A DNA stretch of 64,000 bases from Lama guanicoe (lineage: Eukaryota). Location of the stretch: the NCBI GenBank assembly GCA_013239625.1, contig MU053304.1:2480001-2544000 (forward strand). Direction: 5' to 3'. Positions 11,571-25,617 of this stretch are shown in pieces. The position numbers and the translations under genes were made by a program. Each line of letters opens with the position of its first letter. The stretch's first letter is position 1. Under the pieces are notes generated by a model. That model searched no databases and was not told where the DNA came from. It was given only the letters and a program-made list of their open reading frames with translations.

Positions 11571-14500
11571 TGTGCTGTTTTGTCTCTCTTTCTTTTAGTT
11601 TAGCTAATAAGTATTTGGAAAATAACACCATTATTTATTTAAAAACTAAATACTTTTAATCCACTGAAAAGCAAAGCTAGAACACAAACAAATTTTCTGG
11701 CACTCAGTCCCCTGCTCTATTTATCGAACTATGTCACCATGACCCTTCAAGAAAATCTTCTCCAAGATTTATTAGTGTAAAGCAGCTCAGCATGGCTGAG
11801 AAGTTAAAAATCCATCACTTTTAGAAATATTTCTTTTGATCAATTATGTTTTCTCCATCCATCTGTGTGGCTGAGAATTGAACGGAAAGTCAGTGCTGAG
11901 TTTGGAGAAGTTCATCCTTGGATGTGGTGTTCTATTTTACAGTCTCTTTCTTTGTCGCCCAAGGAACTGTGATCCCCAGTGCCTTTCAAATATGAGAGGT
12001 AAACTTTTAAGTAACAAAGTTAGTGGAAACATTAACCACATTTAACTACATGGTGGGTGTTTTAAGAGAAAATAATTCAAAAATAACTTAAAAGCTTTTG
12101 TAGCTCAAGTATCGCACTTTATTAAATGACACTTTGAGATCAGCACTAATGATGAGAAACTTTCATCTCTTTGCTAAACAGCACAATATCAGATTACTAA
12201 GCCTTTATGACTATTGGCATTTCAAGAGCAGTTTTTGAAATTAATTTGGTGTCATCCTTCTGCTGCTCATTAGATTTGAAACAACACCAAAGTGCTTGGC
12301 ATCTGCAGACACCTGCCCATCTTACAGGAAATGCCAGAACTAAGAATTGATTCAGCTTGGAATTGTATATTCTTGTGGGCTCATGATGTAAAAAAGTGAT
12401 GCTGGGGGCTGGAGGGTGGCGATGTAAGTTTGCTAGTCCAACAATGAAACTGTTGTGACTTACACTGAAGTTCGAATAAACATGCCAAACCATAGACCTT
12501 AATGTTGCATCCCCTTCAACTCTGAACACTCAAGCAAAAAGGTCTTAGCTCTATTGATAAAGTCCAAGATTTGAAGAGGCAGAGTTAATGAAAGAAGAGA
12601 CTGCGACAATAGGAAAGAAGATTTAAAAAAATAACCGTGTACTAAAACTGCTTCTTACCGTTTCCAATTTCTCCACCTTGACAGAAATTTAGGTGGGAAA
12701 ATCATAACCCAAATTACATGGGAACCTCTCTGCTTTAGAAGGAAATAGAGAAATAATGGAGTATATGACCTTAAGAGAAACAGTGAGAGGCTCGGACAAG
12801 AAAACAAAACTTGAGGCTTTGAGCCTTTCACAAGAGGCGTTTACTGAGTTGCCTTATTACTCCTCATTATTTTTTAAACATTTGAAGTTGGATGAACTTA
12901 CTTTTATTTTCTGGAACTTTTTCAAACTTGAGTACCCCATCCAATGGGCATCAAGATAAATATCTTTTGGTACCATTTCTAAGAAGGCTGCAGGTATTCA
13001 GAAAAGAGTCAAAGTTCATTTAACTTGGAAGATTTCATCAAGGAGCTGAACCATCTTCAGCCTAGGTGTGGAAGCTGTAACTTCTCTAAGACTGTCTGGA
13101 AATGTCTATATTTAGTTTTCCATCAGGTAGCTTCCTTGAATATCTTTCTTGCCCATATGGCATATTAACAACAAAATAAACCATCCACCATTTCCATGGA
13201 AACAGGCACAGATGTTTTGAAATATGCCTAAAAAAAGCACCCACCAAGGAACAGCCCTGTATTTCTTAAATTAATTTAAATATTTTGCTGTCAGCTCTTT
13301 TCATTTGAAGCTGCAGATTGTTTTTCATTCTGAGATTCACTCTCTTCCTGATAATAGAAACAGCTATGTCTCCTCGGTCCCACTGTGTCAAGATTCAGAA
13401 ATAAGATTCCTCTTGAAAATCGCAGTCTATGCAGTAATTCATCTGTAATCACCATTTGGTGCTTTTTAGCCTCTCAATAAAGGTCACATCACAGTCATAT
13501 GAATGCCATCACTCTTCTTTTGCTATATCAAGTGTTTTCTCCTGGAAATGTTTCTCCTGGATGGGCCAAAATATATATTTCCATTTAATAAGAGTTCAGA
13601 GTCTTATGTAGCTCTGTTCTATCGATTATGTAAACACCACCTAACGTTTTTCTTACATTCATCCAATGTGCATGCTTCCCCCAAGCACTACGGCATGCCA
13701 GAAGATCACAGACCTTTTTTGTTCTGTCTTCACTTTATTGTTCATGTGGCTACACTGTCTGAAATCTGATACGGGAAATAGATTCTACCTACCTGGATTC
13801 TAGTTTGGAAATGAATTGCAGTTTTTTCTCCCAAGTCTTAGCCTGTCCTAAAGGAATATCAATTAAGCCACAAGACAAGCAGACAAGCTTAATGCTGAAA
13901 GAAACCACCATATGGATTTATTTGATGACATCAGGAAATTATTTTAGAGAGAGTATAGTTTTATTAATAGCTTATTGGAAATATGTATATACATTGCTGA
14001 TATTTTTTAAATTACCAGATAAAATTCACAGGACCTTGAATAAACTTGAGTCCCCTAGAAGTCATATGGATGGAGGGGAAAGAGCTTGAAAGCCAATGTA
14101 GGTTAATGTGACAGGTGAGGCTGGAGCTTTAATGATGCTGTTCTGTGCGCCAAGTGGTAGCTCTCTGGAGAACTCAGCAGCGAGGGGGCAAGATGCTCAC
14201 ACACAGATGCTGAGAACACCCATTACTCCCTCTGGGTCCCCAGATGAGCTGAGATAAAAATAAGAGAAAACAAAATCCTTACCATATCTTCCCATGTGGC
14301 TGGTTTCTGTGCTGTGGAAAACAAAACAAAACCAAAACGCAGAAGGCACAGTTCCAGGCGTCATGGATTTTATCGTGTGGTAGGGAGGTTGAAATCAGTC
14401 ATGTGAGTCAGACTCATAATATTTTTAAAGCTCTGTATCAACAGACACTGATTTGATGATTAGTGATGCTAATGTGAGATTAGCGAGGCTTATTATAAAT

Positions 14501-15589
14501 GATAGCTCATTAATTCTATAATCATTCTTAAAATTTTTAGAATTTAGTATTATAATAACTAAATTCTTCTTTTTGGATGAAAGTTCATAGCTCTTAGTTG
14601 AGGCAATCTCCTAGCTCAAAGCATTACTTCACTAGAAGGAATCTCATCTTCAAAGTTTAAAAACAACAGTTCCAGTTTGGGTGGGAAACAATGCTGATGT
14701 GTGTTTACGGAGTTTTACCAATGTGCCACGTGTATAACTCAGAAACCAGGCTCAGTGCTAGTTAGGAAAGATGAGACATAATGCTCTTTTTTTATGGAAA
14801 TCTTAGCCTAGAATTTCCATGCTGTCATGATCAAGGAATCCACAAGTTTCAGTCTCTTGGGACATCTGGAGCTACAAATCATGCCTCTGGATTTGATTTC
14901 TCAAAAAAAGTTTTAAAAATTATACAGGTTGTTGTATGACAACCTCCTATAATTTCTAAATATCTTAGCCCCCAAATTCCCATATACTATTCTAAATCTA
15001 CAATAAACAGAGCAGACCCTGGGAATCCTATGGGATCAAGCAAAGACGAAAAACTTCTGTCTGAATTTTAATCTTTTGGACTCTTCCTGTTTATAGAGAA
15101 AAGGATTCTGCTCGTGTTTAACGTCAAAAGAACTGTTTTATAATAATGCAGATACAATTCATAATTAATAAAGACTATATCTAATTTCACACAGTCCGTT
15201 GGGAAGTTAATAACCACTGTTCAGTCTAAGTTTGGGGACTGAACTGAGAAGAGAAAGATGGATCATTACCAGCTAATAACGTGTGAGTAGGTGGGAAGCA
15301 GAGAGACCGTGGACACCGTCCACGAAGCTGAGGGAGGTTTCCCAGGTGTGGGGGGCTGGGAAACCAGAGGAGAAGGCCCATCCAGCCCGGCCAGTGTGGT
15401 CAGTGATGCTGCTGGAAGTGTGGGAGGCCGTAGGGGACAAAGTCTGTTTATGACCCTGAGCATCAGCCAAGGTGTTCCGATCTGGAGTCTTGAGGGGTCC
15501 CTCAAAGTAGGTTGTGGCGTGCAGTTGCACTGCTATCCACCAGACAAACAGAAGTTTGGGGGCCTTCAGAAAAAGAGAGTCTGAGGACA

Positions 15590-16075
15590 GTGCTGATCCT
15601 CAATGCCATCCACAAAGCGCCGGCGTGCCTCACGTGACCTGGCCTTGTCTCCAACCGCGCCATCTCCCACCTGGGCGGCCCGGCTCTGCCTCTCTTGCTG
15701 TTTCCTGGGGTTGCCGATGCAGACTGCTCCTCTTCCGGGTGTCTGCTGGCTACATCTGTCACCTCCGCTGTCTCTGCCTGGCGAGAACTTTCTCCATCAT
15801 TTCTAACCTACCCTCGTGTTTTAAAATTGCAACCTGTATGCCCTTTCCCCCTTCCTGGCATCGCTTACCCTGGTTTTCTTTTTATTCTCCAGCTTCTGTC
15901 ATCTACTTGCAGACTATGTATCACGTTTCTCGTTACTCCCCTAGAATGTAAGCCCCACGAAGATGGAAATCTCCTTCTGTTTTGTTCGGTGATGGCATCT
16001 CAAGGACCTAGCGCTTAATAATGAAAGAATATAAGCGAAAATTGGGTGAATGAATGAAATAAGTGAGTGAGTGAA
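15590..16075 (+). mobile_element. L2 3' end
   Basis: ctagaatgtaagccccacgaagatgg...caaggacctagcgc...gggtgaatgaatgaa terminal motif. Confidence 0.7.
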
Positions 16076-19048
16076 CTGGCTGATGATTACACAGAGGATT
16101 TGTACTCAGGTTCCTTTCCACCATTCACTCATTAGACGTGGGCTCAGCTATGCCACCGGGTACTGGGGAGAAAAGAGAGCCAGTGCCTAAGGCAGTTCTG
16201 TGGTCCCTGAATACGGCACTGGTCACAGAAATGGCCTTGAACCCTAGACTTCTAGGTTAAGAGTGAAGAAATTTAAAAAATGAGGCCTTTGTTCTTGTCA
16301 AAGTGAAGAATTTGGTTCCCTTAAGGAGAGCTTGCCATCCTGTTCTTTCCCAGCATAGGGTCTACTTGAGCCTTATCAGTCAGAGGAACGTCTCCCCCGC
16401 AACTCCGTGAGCTAATGACATGAGCTCAAGATGCGCTAATAAACCTGTCACCAACTGAAAACTCCAAGCTGCTCTTGGGTGAGTGTCTTCCTCCCAGTGT
16501 CTGCTGTTGGCTGCGTCAGCCTCTGTGTTCTCCAGCGGAGACGGGGTGGGTGCGGGGGTGGACAGTGGGCTAAATTAAATCATTCACCTTCACCACCAGT
16601 TCTTTTTAATCTAAGGAGAAAACCCACCCGATACGTAATTTGGTATTAATATGAAATATGGGTCTTTTAAGACTTTCTCATCTTCCATTTTTAGAACACA
16701 GACATAATTACCATGCCTAGCTGAGCGTGCTCTGCAAGGTGAACTGAGCAATGGCACTAGGAGGCGTGCATAATTGGGACTAAGCCCTCTGAGGAACGTG
16801 ATGATGATTTTTATAATTCTGCCCAAATGTGAGCCCCTCTTTATTGAGCCAGCAAGCCCGGATTTCATGGCATAAAGGAGATTACTGGGTCTTAACAGCC
16901 CGGGTTCCCTTGCCAATAACATTTAAGCCATTTAAGTCATTCGGAGACGTTTCCCCCAAGGTCATCACTGGAGCTGGACTTCTACCCATCAGGGAGGTTT
17001 GGAGTTTGGATGAGCGAGTGGAAAATGAAATGAGTGGTCACGAATCAAAGCAGCCTTGCCGAGTTCGGGCCATGCAATAAGCAAGGGCTCCCAGCCAGGA
17101 TCCTTCAACCTGTTCAGCACCAGATTTGCTCCTTATCCTTTGGAACTAATTATTCCTGGAATCTATGTTGAAGGTGCTTCCTTTTTCAGTAGTGTCCTGT
17201 ATGCCTTTCTGGTCCAAATCATAATAGAGAAATGTATTAGATGAAACAGAGAGCGTTGTCCCTGCCTTCAAACCCCACTGACAGCAACAAGCGTTATCAC
17301 CCCTGACAGTTTGCTTTTGATGAGGGTTTTGAGTGAGGAAGTCCTTCTCTCCTACGTCCTCCTCACCCTGGGAGCTGGAGTTAGAAGGAGGAAAGGAAAA
17401 CAACATGTCAGGGCACTTAGTCCTTAAAAGACCTGGTGAGGCATTTATTGGCATTTCTAAATCTAAGAGCAAAGAGTTCAGAGTGGAATTAGGGAAATCA
17501 GCTCTGACTCGCACAGCTGGGAAGGACGGGGCAGGAAGCTGGCTTTGCCCTCACCTTCAAGCCCAGCCCTCTGTCTCTCCAGGGAGGACCCGGGGAAACT
17601 CCAGTTATTCCTCAGGTTGCCTCTTTCTCCCTTGGCTTGGTTTTTATATATACGTATGTCAGGTGCAAGTCAGAGAAGTGTCGTAGAGTCCGGTGTTGTG
17701 AAACAGCTGGTGATATAAGATGAGCTAAATTTACAAGAAAGTAATGTCCGGATTTCTCTGCTATGGGAACCATTGTGCAGAAAATGTGGCATTTATCTAA
17801 CAATATGTGAAATCGGAATAGAGGAAGTTATGAATAGGTGAGAGAAGTTGACAATAAAATTAGAAGGAAGAACTAGTCTGCCTGCCCGTCTAGGATGTAC
17901 ATTCTTGGGGCCTCCCTAAAGCTTTGCCACAACTGATGAATTTCTCAGTTCAATTCTAGCCTCTGAAGTTGCGTGGAATGAAGATTCATTTAGGTTGAAG
18001 CATCTGCATTGAAGAATGCAGGCACCTCCAGGTCTGCTGATGGGCTGTCAGTCACTGACTCACTGTGAATTACTCTTAGGAGCTGGTGTCCAACGACGCA
18101 TATGAGTTCGCGTGCATTGGAGGAATTGGAGGAGTGAGGTTTAGATGGGGAGTGATTCAAAACGTGAAATACATTGAATTTAACCAGAGTTGAGTGGAGT
18201 AAGTGTTCCCAACTGCAGGAAGGCTCTGCCCACCCAGGATTCATAGAGATGTCCAATGCCAGTAGGAGATTTGAGGTCAGAAGGGAGTCCAGATGTATTT
18301 GACCTAGCGATGGTCAATGGTCTGGCACAAGAAAAAGGTGAATAGTCTTTTCCAAAGGGGTCAAGAAGATGCATGACTTTGGGCTTTCCATGGAGCAGCC
18401 CCGTCCACACACTGGGAGGATGACCCTACGGTACCCAAGACCCCCAACAGCCCTGATCTCTCACACTGGCCCAGGCCGCCCTCTGGCCTGACCATCCAGC
18501 CTTCTGGACACAGAGTTTGCCTTTCTCTCCATAGCTTCCATCCTGTGCCCTCAGGATCAGACCCCTGAAGCCCACTGCCTTGTTCCAAAGCTCACCTGAA
18601 GTTTCTTCTCTGGCTTATGGGTCTTGGCCTGCTCTTCTCGGACGCTGAACATGCCCAGATTCTTGATTTCAACACACTCACTGTGCTGGGAGACACTCAT
18701 GCAGCAAACATTAGGACATTCCCCCCCACCCTCCACGCCCTTAGAACTTACCATTTCTCAACACCCAGCTCGGTCCCGGCCTGTCAGTGTCAGGGTAGAA
18801 AACCCACGTACCAGCTCTACAAGGTTAATTTGCTACAGATTTCCTCTCTCACTGCAATGCTTGTCCCAGGACCCCTTAGTCTAGTTCCAAAAGTGCATTT
18901 CAGGCTTAAATGGGTGTTTTTGGCTCATCTGAGAACCGGTATCCATTGTTTAATAATATTTTTATGGGAAATTGTGTTCTGAGTAGGAAAAAAACTGACT
19001 TAGAAATAATTTGCCTAACACAAGGTGATTGGAGGTCGAAGGTTATTT

Positions 19049-19430
19049 CTATTAGTTTCCTAAGACTGATGTAACAAAGTACCACAAATTGCATGGCTTA
19101 AACAACAGGCATTTATTTTCTCACAATTCCAGAGGCTAGCAGTCCAAAATTAGGGTGTCGATAGGACGGACTCCCTCTGACGGCCGAGAGGGAAGGACCT
19201 GCCCCGGGCCTTTCTCCTTGACGTGCCTGGCGTTCTTCCTGGGTGTGTCTCTGTGCCCAAACTTCCCCTTTCTATAAGGACAGCTGTCATGTTCCATCCG
19301 GGTGCACCCTGAGGACCTCACCTTAACTCGATTACCTCTGTAAAGACTGCCTATAGATAAAGTCACATTCTCACTGTGGGTTAAAATTCCAACATACAAA
19401 TTTGGGGAGGACAGAATTCAACCCATAACG
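19049..19430 (-). mobile_element. MLT1A/B-type MaLR solo LTR
   Basis: tattagtttcctaagactgatgtaacaaagtaccacaaattgcatggcttaaacaacag...ataaagtcacattctc...caaatttggggaggacagaattcaacccataac. Confidence 0.88.
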
Positions 19431-19764
19431 TGATCTGTTGACGATACCGATGTTCTCACTAAAAATTATGTATTTATTGATGGAAGAGAGCAAGCACGCT
19501 GTGGATGACGGCTGTAGAATTACCTTCACGATAAACTGCCACCTTATCAGTACATCAGAGCTTCTCTAATACTTGTGCGTCAGGACGGATGTGACTGCAT
19601 GTGTGTAGAAGAGAAGACAGTGTAACCACAAACAATAAACAGACACAAATTTGAGCTACAATAACAGAATGGCTTCTTTATCATATTTTGAGATTCTTGT
19701 ATTTGGGGATCCTTTTAGAATATTTTCCAAAGCTTGAATAGGGACAGAAAAATCCCTTTTAACT

Positions 19765-19935
19765 TAGTCTCTTTCGAGCCGACTGCATGTTAGAATCGCC
19801 CGAGGGAGAGTTTAATAAAACATGGATATCCAGAGATTCCAATGTAACTGGTGGTCTGTGGTGGGGTCCAGGGATCGGTGTTTTTTCAAAGCTCCCAGGT
19901 GATTTTGCTGTGCAGCCAGCACTGAGAACCACTGC
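19765..19935. mobile_element. MER5A-like hAT-Charlie MITE
   Basis: ctgcatgttagaatcgcc...tcaaagctcccaggtgattttgctgtgcagccagcactgagaaccactg. Confidence 0.85.
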
Positions 19936-20569
19936 TCTAGCTGAAAACTGTGTGATGCTAGGCATCAGTTATTGGGTAGAGGATCAAAAATGTTTTTAAT
20001 CTGCTCCCAGCATGTGACATAAAAAGGGACATGCATTTCCTTTGCCAAGGGTGAGGGGAACACCACTGCCTCTTCAGCTTAGACGGGAGGAAAAGGTCGG
20101 TGCTTTCAGAATGCAAGAGGTGGCACCCAGCGCTAACAAACTGTAACAGAGGATGTGGGGGGCAGATGTGCTTTTGATTGGACTGCGTTTTCTAATCATC
20201 GGGTGGAAATTGTGTTCAACAGACTGTGTCTGACTGTATCAGAGGATGGAGTTGTGCATGGAATGAATACGGAAGAAGCCTGCCTCTTGGAAAGCCAGAA
20301 CAGCCTGAGAGGTTAATTCAACACCTGGATTAAATGTGAATAGAAGGAAGGCTACAAAGCAAAACAAAAAATATTGTTATTGAGGGCTTTACGTGGGCCA
20401 GACAATGCCGTGGGCCCCAGGGATATAAAAATGATTGAGGCCCAGGCCGTGTTGTTGGGTAGTATTTAGACAACAATGACATAAGGTAGAAGAAAAGATG
20501 CCATCTGGAGACATCCAGAGAGAGGAGAAGGGGTGATTACAATCCTAAGGGAGAAAAAAAAATACAGAG

Positions 20570-20730
20570 GAGAATTCAGAGCCAGACACACCTTTGTTTT
20601 GATCCTGCCAGTTTCAGCCACTTAGTATATATGTGGCCTTAGTTAAGGCAATTAACCTCCACCCGAACCTCAGTTCTCACATGGGGACGAGGAAACCAAG
20701 CTCAGTGCGCTGTGGGAAGGATTAGGAGTC
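20570..20730 (+). mobile_element. MIR fragment
   Basis: gagccagacacacc...tcagccacttagta...gtggccttagttaaggcaattaacctc...cctcagttctcacat. Confidence 0.65.
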
Positions 20731-20954
20731 ACGGCTGCGATATGCGTAGCCCAGTTAATGGGCATTCTAGGGATGGTAGCTTTTTGGTGAACACAGGAAA
20801 AGGGGACTGCAAAGTTAGTATGACCATGTAATTTATCACCCAAATTGGGACACTTTTGAGTATAAAAGGAGCTGCTTTAATAATCACGTTGTTGTAAAAG
20901 GTCCCGGCTAACCTATAAATGATACCAAAAAAGGCTGCTTCTATGTGGCGCTGA

Positions 20955-21155
20955 CTAGAGATTAAGGGCACAGGACTTCAGTGAGACTTCCTGGGTTCAA
21001 ATCTTGTGTACTTCACTGCCTAGCTATGTAACCTTGAGCCAGCTAATTAACCAGTTTGAATTTCACTTCCTCAGTTACAAAATGGGGATACTAATAGTAC
21101 CCACTTCATAAATAAGTATGTGCATTGAATGTTTAATACTTGTAACGTTCTAAAG
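20955..21155 (+). mobile_element. MIR SINE
   Basis: ttaagggcacaggacttc...cctgggttcaaatc...ctagctatgtaaccttgagccagctaattaac...caaaatggggatactaatagtacccacttcata. Confidence 0.85.
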
Positions 21156-22039
21156 GTAAATCTACAGGATATAATAAGTACGCAGGGAGTTTTAGTCCAC
21201 AGTAATAGCACAAGGAATGGTGAAAGAGTTACAATCAAAAATAGGAAAAACAGAAGAAAATGAAATTCCATTGTTGCAAAAGATGTACGGATTTCAGTTC
21301 ACCAGATGTGGAAACTGGAGAAGGAATGGTGGCTTTTGAGAGAATAATATGCTAGTGGAATGGGATCTAAAGACCGATTGTAAACATTTGCAGGAATGAG
21401 CAGGTAAGAAATGAGGTCTCTGCCAGTAGACCAGTCTTCCTAAACGTTTGACAGTGAAAAATCAAAGCTGGATGCATGAAAACTGGAGAAGAAAGTAGAA
21501 TTAAGGGAAAGGAGTGGAGTCTTTTGGGATTTCTTTGAGACCAAGAAGAAAGTATTAAAGGAAAGGGTGGGTTCTGGCTGCAGATTCCTGATCATCCGGT
21601 ACCGTCAGGGGACCTCAGATGGAAGCTGAGGACGCAGAGTACGGTGAGAACTGTCACAGTCATGAGTCGAGCTCAAAACTGAGAACACATCATACTGGTG
21701 TTTGGATGGCAATGGGACGAGACCACATGGCAGAGGTTGGGAGTGTGTGGAAACCAGACAAACAGGATAAGCCAGGGGAGGCGGCAGTCTAGGAAATGGC
21801 AGACGCAGCAAAGTGGCAGAAGCTTAGCTCCTGACTCAGAAGGTCAGGAGGCTGACAGGGTTGAGATGGTTCTGATTCTGGAACAACAGTACTTGGCTAC
21901 TTTTTTCTGTGCATCCTGCTTTTTAACATCTACGAAGTGGACCTGTGGCTCTTCACTGCCTTTCACGCTTACATCAGAATGAACCCACTTTCATGAGCCC
22001 ATATGTAGCTCATGGACCAGATGCTTCTTTGGGTTTTAT

Positions 22040-22260
22040 AATTTGTATTTGAATAAATGTGCTTTCACATGCACTGTCTGTTCTAATTCTCACAAAAGCT
22101 GTATGATTTAGCAGAGCACAGGTCAATATCCCTTTTTCACAGATGAGAAAATAGAGGCTTGAGTTTAAGTAAGTTTTCCAGAGTCACATAACTATTAAGG
22201 AGCAAAATTGAGATTCAATCCCAGGTATTTTATCTTTAAATTCACAATCTTTCCATTCCG
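22040..22260 (-). mobile_element. MIR SINE
   Basis: gtgctttcacatgcactgtctgttctaattctcacaa...ttcacagatgagaaaatagaggc...agtcacata...gagattcaatcccagg. Confidence 0.8.
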
Positions 22261-23329
22261 GGTGTAAAAAAAAAATCCAATTTATATTGTCCAGTCTGAA
22301 TATTATGTATTCGTTGGAATGTTCATACTACTCTTGAACTTGGAAGACCATGAACATGATTTCTTTGGAAGGCAGAAGAGCTGTGAAAACATGTGGATGC
22401 TCTCTGCTTTTTAAAGCTTGGGAGGGTTTCCAAGGAAGAAATCAGGGAGGTGATGTCGTCTCCCATCACCTCCTACCACTTTCAAAACAAGGGCTGGAAA
22501 CTGGAAACGATTGTGTAATGTATGTGGAAATGAAAGGTGGCAGCATATTTGCACAGGATTCAGAGCTCAGGCTTTGTAATCACAGAAGCAACTTCCCTCA
22601 CCCCTCCTGCCGGCGCCCACCTTTGTCCCCCAACCACCACTGAAAATATACCCTGGACATTGACCTAAAATAGCTAACCCTCAGTTTCACCCCCACAAAG
22701 TTCAGCTAATAACAGCTAACCTGCTTTGATTTACAACACTCAAAAAATGCAGTTTGTATATTAGAACAAAGGAATCCAAGCAAAAAAAAAAATCTAGCCT
22801 GGAACTTTGCATAGAACAAAGAAGCCATATGATAAAAATTCCCGGTGTATCTACAGACTTACCCATATTCAGTCTTCATCCTTTCTTCCTCCTCGCTGGA
22901 TGCAATGGAAAAGTCACCGTTTTATTTTCTAATGCTCATCCTTTTGTGTTTCTGAGAAGCTTCTTCCCAGTCATCACCTTTCCTGGCAACATTTAAACAT
23001 GGTTATGAAACACATTTTTCCTCTTCTCCGTGACTTTCTCAGCTAATTCCTCTCTCTCTTCTATCTGCCACAGCCAAACCGAGAACAACCTAGGCTGAGT
23101 ATGTTTCTACTTCAATTTATACAGCTCAGTTCTTGACCCACTTCTTGCTGGTTTTGGCACTCCCCAATTCCCCCAAAACTATCCTGACCAATGAGAAGTT
23201 TACCATGTAGCACCCAAAATGGAACACTTTTGAGAGTGAAAGATGGGCCACGCATGGTGACGCTTTTACAGCATAAATTGGCACTTTGCTGGGCAAACTA
23301 GTGCTTATAGAGATGCTACATCTCAGTTG

Positions 23330-24460
23330 TCATCTGACTTGATTACCTGGGGACATCACACACCCTCTCTTCTTTAAAGCCCTCTCCTCCCTACTACCTG
23401 TTACTACGCACCTCTGGTTTTCCCGGGTCGTTCTGGTTGTTCTTTTCCGTTTTGGAGGGATTCCTACCCTTCTAACATATTACGTTTTGTGTTCCTCAAG
23501 GTTTGTTCTAAATCATTTTCTTTCTGTCTGCCCTTGTAAATGCTGTCCATGCCCATGGTTAAAATTGCCATCTAGTGATGCTGAATCACAAGTTTACAGC
23601 TAAAACCCATATGTCTCTTTTGATACTCAAGGTCTTGCTCCCCTGCTACATCCTATTTCTTTTGGCTTTTCCCACAGAGACTGTAATATTGACATTTCAA
23701 AATCTAAAACCATCTTTCACCCTAATATCTTTCCTTCGCCTGTGTTCTCTGTGGTACTCCCGAGTAGCCCAACGTCCGGGTCACAAGACTGGCAATAACG
23801 CCTCACTCCTGCCTCTCCCACTCCCTGCACACCCAGCCCACCAGCAGAGCCTGCATGCCACCACCCGATGTCCCGACGGGCACCTTCTCAGTTCCCTCTC
23901 TCTCCCTGCCACCTGCCCCTTTCAGGACAGCCTCATTTTGCCTCTGGGCTTCTGTAAGGTCCTCTTATTTCAAGTTTGCCCTCCTTTAGGAAGATTCCCT
24001 TAGAGCAGCCCAAACTGTTATTCTTACTTGCATACCTGATATGGCCACTTTTCTGCCTAAAATATTTCAAAGGCTCCCTGTTTGTTTCAAGACAGAGTCC
24101 TTGCATATTTGGTTCTTGCTTTGTTTCCAAGCCTGGATTTCACGTTAACTTAACTACCATGATTAAGTGTTTTTAGGTACTTAAAAGCGCTATGCTCTCC
24201 CAGCTATCGCTGTCTCACACGTGCTTTCCCCTTTTTTTGGATCATTATCCTGTTCCCGACCATCTTTCATCTATCTTAGTTCTAGCCTGAATGTTACTTT
24301 TTCTTAAGCCTTCCCTAATTCTAATAAACTGGTTTTAAATGTTTTTCTTGCGGTCACTCAGAACACCGTGTGCTTCCCCTAATGTGGCTGTCATCACGCT
24401 GATGCAAGAGCCTATTTTACTCTCTTTTCTCCTCAGACTAGAGTGTAAGCACCATGAAAG
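23330..24460 (+). mobile_element. L2 LINE 3' portion (degraded)
   Basis: Pyrimidine-rich L2 motifs: cccatggttaaaattgccatcta...gatgctgaatcacaag, tggccacttttctgcctaaaatatttcaaaggctccc, and gactagagtgtaagcaccatgaa. Confidence 0.7.
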
Positions 24461-24467
24461 TTTGAAA

Positions 24468-24606
24468 TATGTAATAATAATAATAAGTATTATATAATTA
24501 TTGTTATTCTAAGTTATTGTTACAATTATACATGTTGTTATTATAATACTTATAATTATACTACAAGTATTATTTAAGTATTTTATTGTTATTCTTATAT
24601 TACTAT
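24468..24606. repeat. AT-rich low-complexity (TAA/TTA-like) tract
   Basis: taataataataataagtattatataattattgttatt... Confidence 0.8.
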
Positions 24607-25423
24607 ACATGTATCTGTTTGGGGCTCTGATAGAAATCCTGGGATATCATGAGTGTGTAATAAGTCTGTATTACTAAATGAATAAATCATTAAATGAATA
24701 GTAACATCTCGGCCGACCCCTGCAGGATCCAAGCTAGGAAAGCTGTTCCAAGAGGGAGGACCATGTAGAGCGATGCACAGAGCTAGGAAATGTGGGGACA
24801 TAAATAAGAAGCTGTGAAGAATGTTTTTAAATATGAATAATAAGTAGGCTAGACTGCAAAAGGATGAATCTGGAGGAGGAAGAAGCCAGTCAAAAGCTAG
24901 TGTAGCAATAAAGGTGAGAGGAAACGACATTTTTGGTGAGTGTCTAAATGTTACATGGGACCTTGAGAAACGTCAGGCTGCTATGACAAGGAAAAGAAGC
25001 CATTTAGACAATTTTCTGAATATGCCAATGAAAGTAAATCGACAGACAAAAGAGTCAGATCACTTTTTTGTGGTTCTCACCCGGCTGACAGCTTGACACA
25101 CTGTTAGAAATTGAGAAAGGACGTGCTTCTGTCAGTTACCAAGTGTCCAGCGATTCTTGACGTCTTTTTCTTTCTATCAGCAAAAGGCCAGTGGGGGTAT
25201 CTTTGTTTTCCATCATGGGAGTAAGATGTTAGAAATTCATGGGCAGACGAGTCTAGGTGATGTGTTATGTATTTTGAAAGCTGGCTTGCAAAGACTTAGA
25301 CACAAATAGTATTATTATAGGTTTCTTAATATTACAGACCTCTTCCTTCTCAGAATATTAAACTAAATCGTGACTATTAAAGCCACAACTTAAATATCTA
25401 ACAGTTAAAAACATTTTGAACAA

Positions 25424-25617
25424 ATACAAGATTTGCAGATACTATTAAACATAAAATATATAAACAAATATAGCACAGGGAGCTATATTCAATACCTTGC
25501 AATGGCCTATAATGAAAAAAGAATATGAAAAGGAATATATATATATATATATATGAATCACTGTGCTGTACACCAGAAATTAACACAACATTGTACATTG
25601 ACTATATGTCAAATAAA
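25424..25617 (+). mobile_element. Short L1 3' tail with perfect 17-bp TSD
   Basis: tatagcacagggagctatattcaatacc...gaatcactgtgctgtacaccagaaattaacacaacattg; TSD aaaaacattttgaacaa at 25407-25423 and 25618-25634. Confidence 0.92.

Noticed and set aside
15266..16018. Stack of overlapping ORFs on both strands
   Set aside because: GC-rich segment partly derived from L2; low stop-codon density explains the ORFs and no protein family is recognisable.
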